From positions 1-51,442 of the forward strand of contig MQRK01243178.1 of assembly GCA_001938485.1 (NCBI GenBank): DNA of 51,442 bases, read 5' to 3'. The notes under the pieces are model-generated. The model did no database searches and was not told the DNA's origin. It saw only the letters and a list, made by a program, of their open reading frames with translations. Numbering within the stretch: position 1 is the first letter of the stretch; every line of letters starts with the position of its first letter. This stretch comes from Girardia tigrina. Taxonomy: Eukaryota. This document shows positions 1 to 11,339 of this stretch, one piece after another. Position numbers and translations under genes: made by a program.

Positions 1-197
1 TATCAATTTATTATGAAAAATTCTGTATTTAATATGAAAAACATCAATTTATTATGAAAAATTCTGTTATTATTTCAAAAATTTACCTTACAGCATTAGT
101 GAGGCAGTGAGGCAGGCAGGAGTGACTTGGGCTTTTATAATATAAAAAAATTGAACCCCCGGCAAGAGAGGGCCGCGAAGCGGGCCGAGCGCGCTAG
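1..197 (+). mobile_element. Helitron-like 3' terminus
   Basis: GC-rich imperfect hairpin ggccgcgaagcgggcc (171-186) followed 7 nt later by CTAG (194-197) then T. Short AT-rich tandem repeat (tcaatttattatgaaaaattctgt x2) lies upstream. Confidence 0.55.
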
Positions 198-257
198 TAA
201 TGATAATAATTAATTAAAAAAAACAAAATATAATAATTAAAATGTTCGAATCCCAAA

Positions 258-389
258 CACTGGTCTTCTGAAACTCGAGTCGAGCCTGTAGCTAGGGTTA
301 TAAGTTTGAAGAGGTTTGAGACATTGAAGAGATATTTTCACGTGAATGATAACTCTAAAATTCCCGATAATAATCCTGATCGCCTGTAC
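258..389 (+). pseudogene. piggyBac-like transposase fragment
   Basis: Manual translation HWSSETRVEPVARVISLKRFETLKRYFHVNDNSKIPDNNPDRLY matches the piggyBac YWS...RFE.I.R.LH.NDN...DRLYK block. Confidence 0.7.
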
Positions 390-539
390 AGTGGTTTCCA
401 ACCTGTGGGGCGCGCCCCCCAGCTGTTTCCAAAATATCACTTTCGAATGCAAACCTAAAAAATCCAATAGGTGTCACGAAAAATGAATCAACATTTTTTT
501 TAAAAGCGGGCACCGGTACAAAAAGGTTGGAATCCACTT
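389..539. mobile_element. Small non-autonomous hAT-like MITE
   Basis: Terminal inverted repeats cagtggtttccaacct / aggttggaatccact around ~150 bp. No matching 8-bp TSD. Confidence 0.55.
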
Positions 540-908
540 CTTTAATCGATTTCACGTACTATTTAGTTCTCGCTTTAAAGTTCTTTTCAACTTGACTTCA
601 TTGTACTTGTTTGCTATCGGACTCAGACAAGTATTAATCCTTACTTCCAAATTGGGTCTAAATTCTCAAAAACCTTGCATACTCCGACAGGTCTAACACC
701 TGCTCTGGACAATACCACAATCAAGTAAATTCTTAGTGTACTCAGCTAATAAAGATACAATCTTTACACCGCAATTCCTAGTTCAAAGGCCATAATTTTG
801 TGCAGGGGTTTTCAGGTCGTTATTTATTATCATTGGAATCTTTATTACTTTCTTTTCTTTACTCAATGATAGGCTTAAGTTTAGCGGTTAATAATTGAAT
901 CTGAGGTT
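540..908 (-). pseudogene. Decayed 28S rRNA 5' fragment
   Basis: Reverse strand reads acctcagatt...accgctaaacttaagcctat...aaaagaaa and tccgatagcaaacaagtac...aagttgaaaagaactttaaagcgaga..aaatagtacgtgaaa. These are conserved LSU 5' core motifs, with many substitutions and deletions. Confidence 0.8.
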
Positions 909-1419
909 GGGAAATAGGGTATTTACATTGCAATTCTGTGTACATTCTGGCAGTTAAGCAGAATAAAGATTGACGTCCAATGTTATATTATTTAGAACCA
1001 GCTTGTAATAAAATTACACTCTTATATTTCAACTAAATACACATTACATTCTCAAAGAGCCTGTCTTTTTCAGTAACTGATTTCAGCAGGTGTTCTGGAT
1101 CCAAACACTGAATTTCTTTTTCAGGGTTGCTGAAATAAGTCCACTTTACGGTGCAAGAATCATTCATCAGGAGGATTTAGAAGCAGTTGCCGACATGTTA
1201 CCTCTAAATTTTCAGTTTTGGCTTATGTCAAATAGTGTAGAGCTTGACGATATCGTTTGTCAAGCTTACCAAGAATATGAAGGTATTTCAGTACTGAGAT
1301 CTGTGAAGTGGCAATTTCACTGAATAATAATCATGTCTTAGTGAATTGATTTACTTTACCACTTTTATGCATGGCTATGATATTTATCGTTATCTGACAC
1401 CTTGGCCGAGGAAGATAGA

Positions 1420-2480
1420 TACCATGGCAACATTGCAAAAAGTGCTCATCGATCTCTGCACAGTATACAAATGTGCTAATCGATACGGCACATGTGCTTA
1501 TAGATAGAGCACAGTGTGCTTCACATGTCAAATGTGCAAACACTGTGCGACACATGTACAAGTGTGCAAAAATCGATAAATTCAAAATTTCCCAATTTTT
1601 TAAAGTGCTAGTTATTTTGATTGGTACATTGTGCTATGTGTATATTTTGATTCTCTATTCAACTGCGCAATTAGAATTTTGTATATTGATTTATTTTTCC
1701 TATAATAAATTTTAATACTCATAGGATGTAGAGGCCGATGTAAGCATTTCTGCATTTCAACGGGTACCCCATTACTTCAAATTCTACCCAGGCTCCTTGA
1801 GATACTACTGCTTGGCCGGGCGCTGTCTGCGGTTTTTCGAGTACCTGCTGCACTTGTTCCGACTGCACGGTCGCTACTCCATCATTGTTACGGAGCATCC
1901 AGTGTCGACGGGTGTTCTTACTAGAAACCCATAGGTCAATAGTCGGAATATGATTTTAGATTTTCGAAAAAATGCACAGAAATCGATTATTGAGATGCTG
2001 TTTTTTATAGTGCAAAGTGTTCTCAAACGCCCATATAGTGTACAGGTCCAAGGAAGCATAATATCGAAATTCTACTGATGCACTTACATAGAAATTCATA
2101 TATCAATAGTCCAAATCTGTGTTAACATTTTCGAAATAAATTTCAAAAGTTCATTTTTCGTTCACGGTACACAGTGACAGTGAACGTGCAGAGGGTGTAA
2201 TTAGAACTAAGCAAAATATTAAAATATTGCTAATGCACTTAGATAGAAACCCATAGGTCAATAGTCAAATTCCATTTTCACATTTTCGAAAAAGTCAGCC
2301 GAAATTAATTTTTCGAATATGTGTGCACTAGGCTGCAATATTAATCCAATATATGAATTAGAAAATCTACCAAAATCAATAAATTCATTAGTAAAAAATA
2401 AATAAAAGCATTAAAATCGCATAATCGACCTTCAGAATTACCTTATTAACCATCAAAATTACATTATCAACTATCAAAAA
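1420..2480 (+). repeat. Diverged partial copy of the Polinton-like terminal/subterminal repeat
   Basis: Collinear with 13200-13650 (e.g. ttttgattctctat, gcaattagaa, atattgatt..tttttcctataat) and with the reverse of 27300-28700. Confidence 0.7.
1730..1915 (-). pseudogene. Gypsy-type aspartic protease fragment inserted in the repeat
   Basis: GC-richer island. Minus strand gives VDTGCSVTMM (D-T-G active site). Confidence 0.45.
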
Positions 2481-2482
2481 CA

Positions 2483-2870
2483 GAATGCAGACCCAATTTG
2501 GTAGTAAAGATAAATACTTGTGTTAGTCCGATAGCAAACAAGTACAACGAAGGCAAGTTGAAAAGAACTTTAAAGCGAGAGCTAAATAGTACATGAAATT
2601 GCTTAAAGGTAAATGAATGGAGCCAAAACTGATAAATGGAATTCAGTTGTTTGTATTGTTTTCAAATTTGGATACAAATTTATTTTGATAGTACTCGAAG
2701 TTGATTTTAAATTTTTCATTCAATGAACTTTCCATACACCAAAAGTACGACCAATTATACGGTTTCTCTGTCGTTTTGCGAAGGTGACCAGGTCTTAGGA
2801 ATTGGTTTTATAGTTTTTTGCACGGTGAAATCAATATATTGGTACTGGCAATTTACAAATTTTGCACATG
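2483..2870 (+). pseudogene. Decayed 28S rRNA fragment (core after D1, running into D2)
   Basis: gtccgatagcaaacaagtac..aagttgaaaagaactttaaagcgagagctaaatagtacatgaaa; homologous to 540-670 in opposite orientation. 3' boundary uncertain. Confidence 0.75.
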
Positions 2871-2944
2871 TCCAATACCTCCCCCCGTACAATATCGATT
2901 GATGTCGAATAACCTGAACTAACTGAACATTCTTATTACATTAC

Positions 2945-3673
2945 AGTTCTGAACTAACTCAAAGTGCATGACTCGCTCAAAGTTCTACCAGACGTACAAC
3001 ATGATTTTCAAGCCAAATCGATCTTGTTTTGGAACTGACGGCGTTACTTGAACCGATGGAACCCATCGCTTGTCTCGGTTGTGGATGACCAAGTAGACCA
3101 ACTTCTTGTCCGACGTCACAGTTCGTTTCCAAAAGCTATCATCTCGTGGATTCTGTAGCAGTTGTCGGTAAATTTGGACTCTTTTATCGGTCTGTGCTTT
3201 GATGAGTTCGTGTGGATCTTGATGCGGTTTCTTGTGCACAAAGTCGAGAAGCTTCAAATGCCAATGTATGGTTGACATACCAACTCCAAGCTTAAATGTC
3301 AAATCACGAGTGCTTGGCTGAGGCTTCATGCCCAACTCTGCTTGCAAGTCATCGTTATCCAATTTTGTTGGTCTTCCAGAACTGGGATTGTCATTCAAGT
3401 CAAAGTACCAACTCTTGAACCAATCAATTGCCGTACTTTTTCGACTGTTTGTGTACCTTCAACTTTGCAAATCGCCTTGTCAGGATCTCGTGTTGTCAAA
3501 CCATTCTTACAATAGTGACGCAGCAACACATGGATTTCAAGCTTTGTAATCTCGTAGTCCATATAATGCTTTAAATAAATCAATATATATCAATATCAAA
3601 TAAATAATGCCAAAAAATTGAAAAAAAGATTGTATTTTCATTATTGACCGGGAACTTTTAGGATAACCTAATA
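2945..3673 (-). mobile_element. 3'-truncated mariner element with broken transposase
   Basis: TA + TIR ttaggttatcctaaaagttcccggtc at 3646-3673. Translation shows SGRP, HTH region, WKRTVTSDKK (first catalytic D), KIMLYVW*NFE..HFELV. Frameshifts and stops present. Confidence 0.85.
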
Positions 3674-5049
3674 GTGTCGTTTCATATGTTTTGGGGACCA
3701 GCAACTTCGATGGAGATAAAGCAGGAAGGATTATACAAGTCTCTATATCATAAAATTCAAAAGGGCAAAGTGAAGCTGTTTTTTGAGAAATATTTCAAAG
3801 CTAGAAATTGTAGAAAAATTGAAGTCCCATGAAGGATATTTATTCGGGTTATCCAAGAATTGTTTTTTAAATATATGTGGAAGTTTTCAAGTATATGTTA
3901 CATTCAATAAGTAGCCAGACTAGACGATATAGCAAAATATGAAAATAAAAATACTTTATCCTGTTGAGGATATATGTTTAAAGGAGTTAAAAGATGTATT
4001 TTATGTATTTTAACTTGTTGTGGTGCTCCGGTAAAACGACCGAAAAAAAATCAATTAAAAAAACAATTTTCATCTGTTTAAGTTTACTAAATAAATAAAA
4101 GAGAAGTGACAATTTTAAATATTGTAATTGTGTAAAAAAATAAATATCGTCTTGCTTCAATTTCCAAACTTATCAAAACTTGTAATGAGATCGGATTCGA
4201 AAAAAAATGAAAGCGACCCACAACGCTCGGACTCGACTGACCGAACCACACACACCGCCGCCTCACGCTACTTGGCGATGCACGATAGAGAACCACGACC
4301 GCATCAATACAACATCCGAGTTGTAGATTAACGCATCGACGGGATCATCCACTGCTTCAACGGATCCGGCGTTCACTGGGCCGGTAACGCGATACGGAAA
4401 GAATTTAAAATAAATTAAGGATGTCCAATTTTCCAGCGGGACAGGTAACATTGGTGTCGTCGCGCATGTGTCATGAGATCGAATAAAAGTCGATAATGTG
4501 AAATATTGTCGATATTTTGTTATACATTCAGTTTAATCGATTTTTTATATGAATTTTTTGTAGATGTTATTGAATTGTTTTGAAATTACTGTTGTAAATT
4601 CTTTAATTTATCATAAATATTAATTCTTAAATTATAGCCTTGAGACAACATTAATATACGAAATCTTTCAAACACTACTGCTATAACAAGTTTACTAAGT
4701 AGAGCACTAAATTTCCTTTTTATCTTTATGACAATCTTATCTCGTGTTAATAATCTTGAACTGTTAGTGTAAAATGTAAAATTTTAATATCCATTTTTGT
4801 AATATTGTTTGTACAACTATTTCTTCGTCCTGTGTCTTGATTGCCGTCAAGCTGATGTACTTGCTAAAGTGATCTATCAATCCGAGAATGTATCTTTCTC
4901 TTCTTACTGTCTCATGCCACCGTCCACATATATTTATAAATATATTTATAAATATATTTATANNNNNNNNNNNNNNNNNNNNNNNNNNNNNNNNNNNNNN
5001 NNNNNNNNNNNNCTATATTTTCAAATATTTCTGACGCTGTTATTTTAAC

Positions 5050-6632
5050 GTTTTCTTCCTTTGTCTTCGTTCTCATTGTCTTTGTTTTTTGGCACTTTGT
5101 GCATGTTCCGACAACCTCCTTTACTGTTTTCTTTTCTTACTCCATATCAAACTTGTCCCTCAGATATTCGTATACTTTTTCTGCTCCTGCATGACACAAT
5201 AATCTATGTGTCTGTATGATTAAATCGTTCCTTTTTTCTTTTGGTATCCATTTTTTTGACCTGCTCTCGCTTGGCTCCTGTATACTGGTGAACATAATTT
5301 TTAAAACACCTCTAATTTTAGAAATATGAGGATTCCATATTATTTTATGGTTTATACTATTATTTAGAAGAATGGTAGTATTATAAAATGCGAAAATGAG
5401 TAGCTTGATATTTAAATAAATAATACTGGGTGCAGTGAAAATTGAAAAATGATAATACCTGAAATTCAAAAAGAGCACAATTTTTAAAACACCATGTATT
5501 TACCATTAAAACATCATTTATAGTCACTGCTAACAATCTGGTCTTATTCTGACCCTTTTTAGCTTCTTCATGTTCCATTTGACACTGGGTACACGTGTCG
5601 CAATTTCGTCTGGATAGCATATCCGCGTTGTGTAGTTCTCCTTTCCTGTTTTCTATTTCTATATCTAAACAACTCAAGTAATTCATCCACGTTTTTAATT
5701 GAACTGTTAATGGTTTCTTTGTATGAAACATGAACGTTATAACTTTATGGTCCGTTCTCAGTTTAATTTTTTTCCCGTACAAGTGATGATTGAAATTTTG
5801 GCAGAAGTAAAAAATTGCCAAAAGTTCTTTTCTTGTTATGCAATATCCTTTTTCGTGTGCTGACATTGAATGTGATCCATATGCTATTACTTGCTCCTTG
5901 CCTGATTAGCCTATCTGCGATAGTACCGCCCCTATGCTGTCAAAACTAGCGTCACTATCTAGAATAAACTGTTTCTTGAAATTTGGAAAAGTCAATATTG
6001 GTGCCTTTATCAATGCTTTCTTCATGTCCTGAAAAGCTATTTCACATGCATCTGTCCAAATTAATTTTTCTTTATTCGAGCCTCATATTCCTTCCAATAT
6101 TTTAGCTTTCTTAGCATATCCATTTATAAACCTTCTGTAGTAATTGTAAATTCCTAGAAAACTGCTTAAATTTTTTATACATGTGGGTCTTCGAAAATTC
6201 TCTATTGCTGCTATTTTTTCTGAGTCTATCTGTATCCCTTTATCATTTATAACGTGTCCTAAAAATTATACTTCTTGTCGTAATATTTTACATTTCGGGG
6301 GTTTGATTCTTAATCCTGTCTCCTTTATTCTTCCAAATACTTCTTTTACTACGTTATAATGTTCTTCCTTTGTGCTTGTTGCTATTAATATGCCGTCCAG
6401 ATAAACTGATGCTCCCTTCTTTATGGGTTTTAATACTTTGTTCATTAGTTCCTGAAATGTTCCTGGAGCTGCTGCTATCCCGAAAGGCATCCGTTTAAAA
6501 CAGAATTGTCCTGATTTACTGGAAAACACCGTTTTTTCCTGTGATTCCTTGTCCAATTCTACATGGTAGTACGCATTTCCTAAGTCTATTGTGCTGAAAT
6601 ATTTGGTTCCATCTAGCCTATCCATCATTTCC
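5050..6632 (-). mobile_element. Ty3/Gypsy pol fragment (RT, RNase H, integrase zinc finger), degenerate
   Basis: YFSTIDLGNAYY, MPFGIAAAPGTFQ, YLDG(D)IL, DAS..IGAVLSQ, ELLAI, RTDHK, NADMLSR, HRLLCHAG. Confidence 0.92.
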
Positions 6633-8741
6633 GCTTGTTTCCGCCATCTTGTTCCTGCCACCCGTAACGTTTCCAATTCTGGGTCTGGTTCCGCTCTCCA
6701 TGGTAGAACAACACTGAATCAACACGTCGTATAGATTCTGAAGTTAGTTTCAGGATTGTTTCCTCCTCTCCCTTGAGGTATCCTTGCTCGTGACCGTCGA
6801 AGTCTTCCAACCGCCAGAAATGTTCAAGATCCTTTTCTGTCTTGGTTTCTGTGGAGAGAAAAGCCCAACAGAGATTAGTTTGCTCCGGTTTTGGACTTCC
6901 CATCACTCTTCCAATGCACGTCCATCCTAACGGAGTGAGCCGTGCTACTGGATCACCTGGACGTCCGCGAATTTCTTTTAATGCCACTTGCAGGCCTAAA
7001 TAATTTGCCCGATCAATCCATTTACTCTCTTACTTTTACCGACCGAAGGAAACTTTATGTCCTTTAAATGCTCCCATTTCCATTTCGCCTTACTCCAATT
7101 TGTAACTTCTAGTAGCCCCCGACACACTATACACCACAAGCGCTGATATTCTCTCTTCAGCTCTTTTATTTAGATCAGAAATTTGGAATTGTATCCTTTC
7201 CGCCGAGAACCCTTGCTAGAGCCTCCCAATACTTGTACATTAATCTCCTCACATTGTCCACAAAGACCCAATTCGTCTGCCAGAGCGCGATTCACGAACG
7301 TTTCATCGAGAAGAAAGTTCCCCATGATGGATTTATGACCGTTCGACACCCACACTCCCACAGTTCTCAGCGCTATGTATCCTCTTTCGTTCCCTCTAAG
7401 CATAGTTGTTCTAGTAGTCAATGCATATTCCTCGTCTTCCCTCGTCACAGGCTCCTTGCCTTTTCTCTCCTCAGGCTTTCCAGATTTCTTGTGTAAGAAT
7501 CGGCAATTCGCCGATCTGCAATTCCCCTTCAGAAAATTCCTACACTCTTCAGGGTGTCGGTAACGACAAGTGACTCCGAATTTACACTGACCCTTCTCGA
7601 ACTCCCAACAGATGCCTGATTTATTCCTCACCATTCTGATTAAGAAGTCATCGCGTTTATCTCTTCTAAAGGTCGTATTCGAAACAAATGTCTTTTTTCC
7701 GATCATCGTTGCCTGCTATCTTACTCTTATTGTATACTGTTAAAGCTGAATAGTTCCGGCTGTCTCCACCGTAATGGTTCTCGAGTTTTTCCTGGATGGC
7801 TCTATACGCACCGCCTCCAAATACAAAATTTTTCACCAAATCTTTGGCCTCGCCGTCAAGGCATCCCTCCAATTGTAATTGCTTATCAACCTCTGGAATA
7901 TCTAATCGCTCGACGCATTCACCGAACGTCTCTCGCCATTTCCGATAATCTATTACGTTCCCAGAATATCTAGGAAGTTGTAGCTTTTTCAATCGCAAGT
8001 TACTCACTCTCTTTGATGGCTCGATCGCCTCTTCATTCTTTACGCTCTTTTCAAGATCCTTCCGCAACCCTTCTGTTCTGTGGCGTCTCTACTTTAAGAC
8101 CTCTTCATTTAGATCTTCAATGCGTTCGATCTAGATTTCAAGGGTATTAAACGTGTCTTTCTTCTTCTGCCTTTTGGCTGTTGTGAGTAATTCTTCGAGT
8201 TCTGCTATCGTTTTTTCGTACAGCATCTGGAAGTCCCGACATCTCTCTTCGAATTCATCGTCTTTAGCTAGTAGAGCTATCTCCCGTAACTTCCATACAT
8301 TACGTTGATTTGCTCTCCTCTGGCTCATTCTTTCCCCGAAATCCTCATCGGCCCCTCCTCTGATTCGAAATTTCAACTCCACCAATTTATTTTCCGGGAC
8401 GACCATGATGTTGTCTATTACGTAACCATTATCTAATAAATAAAGATCTCCGGTTACGAATAATTGTATCTCATCTCGCAGAATTTTTCCCGTAACAGGC
8501 AAGGAACAACGTATCCTTTTCACCTCACCACTCGGGAACCTCACAAAATTCTCCTGCATTCTGCTCGAGTCTGATAATTTGCTTCCAGCTCTACTCTCGA
8601 TGCTTCCTTGTTTGTTGTTGATGGTGATTTATTCTTTTTTTCTTTAACTTTAATAAACTTTTCTTAAAGTAAATTTTTTCTTTAATACAAAAATATTTCT
8701 TAGAAACGAGAGAAAAATATTATTTAAAACGTAACCGAACA
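6633..8741 (-). mobile_element. 5' half of a BEL/Pao LTR retrotransposon nested in Gypsy pol
   Basis: Probable 5' LTR starts TGTTCGG at 8741 (~8608-8741). DUF1759-type LKKLQLPRYSGNVIDYRKWRETF, DUF1758-type protease LLDETFVNRALADELGL, and BEL hallmark RLTPLGWTCIG...LEHFWRLE. Multiple stops and frameshifts. Confidence 0.85.
8353..8559 (-). CDS. Ubiquitin-like N-terminal domain of the BEL/Pao Gag
   Basis: 69 aa from MQENFVRFPSG to VELKFRIRGG, paralleling ubiquitin MQIFVKTLTG...LHLVLRLRGG. In frame with the downstream helical Gag sequence. Confidence 0.7.
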
Positions 8742-9118
8742 ACTATTATAAATCTTATTTTCTCTGATTTCTTTCCAATTCTGATCAGTGTCTCTATTTC
8801 TCCTCTAACATCCATTTGTACTCCATTTGCTACTGTCAGTTTCTGATTTGTTTGTTCCATTCGTGTGCTCTTTAGGTTTTTAACAATTTCTTCTGTCATC
8901 GCGTTTAAGGCTGCTCCCGTATCTAATAGACATTCAATTTCTGTATTCTCAATCATGACTCTGATACTTGATTGATCCTCTAATCTGTTGTATACAATTG
9001 GTACATTTTCATAATTATTTATTATCAACAATTCTCTTTCATCATACGTGTCCTTTTTTATGAACTTTGCGACTTTGTGATTTGTTTCAAGTTCCTGGTA
9101 GAAGTTCGGCTCACTCAT
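8742..9118 (-). mobile_element. Gypsy aspartic protease region
   Basis: CLLDTGAALNAM...LTVANG...FIIV; cut by the BEL LTR. Confidence 0.85.
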
Positions 9119-9396
9119 GAATTCTGACTTATTTTTTATTAATTTTATATTTTATGTTATTTATATTTAATTTATCAGCATCATTATTGTATTCAAATTA
9201 TTAAAATTTAATATGAATAAAAATAATTTTTTAAATAAACATTAATTTTTAAAATATGTTACATTTAATAAGTTAAAAATGTATAAAAAACATTTCAAAT
9301 ACATTCCAGAATCGTGCATATTGATAAATTGTTGTCTGTTGATTAAAATTTTTCTTTAAAATCAGAACAAAACATTTAAATTGATTCCAAATAGAA

Positions 9397-9580
9397 AAAA
9401 GTCACAAATCCATAGCTTCCTTTTGATAATCCGGTACGATCATTTATTATATTTACGTCTTTGATTGAACCATAACTGGAAAAGAATGTCTTTAGTTCCT
9501 CTTCTGTTGTATTTGAGGTTATTCCGCCAACAAAAATTCTATTTTTTGATCAATGTACCAATTTTTGGTATTGATACGTG
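9397..9580 (-). pseudogene. boule: Boule/DAZ-family RRM fragment, frameshifted and truncated
   Basis: Manual translation PKIGTLIK/NRIFVGGITSNTTEEELKTFFSSYGSIKDVNIINDRTGLSKGSYGFVTF matches Boule P.YGT.IPNRIFVGG...SKGYGFVTF. One extra A near 9542-9547; similarity ends after RNP1. Confidence 0.8.
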
Positions 9581-9864
9581 AGAAAAGGAATTGAGTTGAT
9601 TTATTTGATTGATCTTGTTATGCTTCACTTTATTTATAGTTTTAGAAATTCTCAATGCCTATAAAGAGTATTCCACATTTTTTGTACATCAAAAAGCAGT
9701 CTTTCCATTGCGTTTAATAGAAAATTGTATTTTACGTTTAACTGCGATAAACTATCTTGTTGATCTTTATATATATATATATATTTATATATATTTGTTA
9801 AATTATATATATTATTATATATATTGTATATGTTATCAAGATAAATATAAAATTTTTTTGTGGA

Positions 9865-10102
9865 TATTTGTGTTTTTTAAATCATTTTTTTAATTAAAAC
9901 TTTGTTGGTAAAGTAGACTTCTGAATGCATAAAGAATGGATATAAAAATTTTATTTTTTTGATTTACTAGTTTAACAAAAAATATATTTTCAGTATTTAG
10001 TAAATCAAAAAAATAAAATTTTTATATCCATTCTTTATGCATTCAGAAGTCTACTTTACCAACAAAGTTTTAATTAAAAAAATGATTTAAAAAACACAAA
10101 TA
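9865..10102. repeat. Near-perfect inverted repeat, ~105-bp arms, 28-bp spacer
   Basis: 9865-9969 is the reverse complement of 9998-10102. Confidence 0.92.
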
Positions 10103-11339
10103 AAAATACAATTTGCTATTAACGTCAGAACATTTTTGAATTTAAAGTATTTTAAATTTATATTTATTTAAACTTTTCATGTTTTGAAATTTATTTTTTT
10201 ATAGGAAATATCCAGTTATCAACGAAAAATAGTGTCATTATTCATAATAGATCGAATTAATTATTCGCTAGTATACGTTCAAGTAAATATCTTATTTATT
10301 TTCATCACTTATGTTTTTTTTAGGTTGTAAATCTGTCTGTATATATGTACGCTATCGTTAGCATCATTGCTCATCAGAACATTCATTCGTTAGAGTCCAA
10401 AGGTTTGGAAGAATTTGAATATTTTGGTTTATATCTACCACCATTTATGAGTACTTGTGAAGTTATGATATTCTTAGGTTTGAATAAGGTAAAATCAAAA
10501 TTAGAAAATAATTTTTGGTATGATATTTTAAATTAAGTAATCAAATATTTGTTGTTAACATACTTTCTTATATTTATATTCCACAAATTAAATTTAGAAT
10601 CTTCTGTACGTTATTTTGTTGTCATTGATAAATATTTTAATTAAAGTATTTTTCATAAGCACAAATTTCGTTTCCTGTTTGAAATTGTTTGTTTCTAGCT
10701 AATTTGAATGCGCTGATCACGAATCTAAATTTCAATTTTGTCGAGGACCTCTAGTTTATTATGTATACGTCAGTGGTGACTGTGGTTAAGGTTTCATACA
10801 TTGATTCACACTCAAGGTTCACACATTGTTACTATTAATTATTTGAGTGTACTGTAAATGCAAAAATGTCAATGTAGAACTAAATATCATTTTTTATCAC
10901 TCAAAACTATATCACTAATCAGTATAAAATTCTAGAGTTTTGTATTTAGTTAAATTTGAGTTTTCTAGAAAATTCCAATGTTCTATTTCTACTAAAATTG
11001 AGTATTATAGACAAGTTAGAAGATGCCAGTTTTAGATCTTTTTAAAGCTGAAGATCTTTTTAAATACTGAAAATATATTTTCTCAAAACTATCATCCTAT
11101 TCGGATTCAGCATGGTCGAAAACCTTTGGTGATTAAGCACATTTTAAAAATAAATGCTTTTTCTCGAAATTCTTTATCAAAAGTAAAATATTTGCAATCA
11201 CAAGATTTACACATATTCTCAATATAGCTCTGTAACCTACCATCAAATCTATATATTTAACAAAATCTAGAAATTTCTGTGTTTTATTTTTAGTAACATT
11301 TGGTATATAAATTTGCTAGCAAAGCCAAGGCATCTCATT

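Noticed and set aside
1124-1282. Exon-like segment (ttcag|...GAAG|gt) encoding VAEISPLYGARIIHQEDLEAVADML...
   Set aside because: No recognisable family and no partner exons found.
10690-11230. Possible non-autonomous DNA transposon remnants (attcggattcagc motif)
   Set aside because: No paired termini or TSD could be defined.
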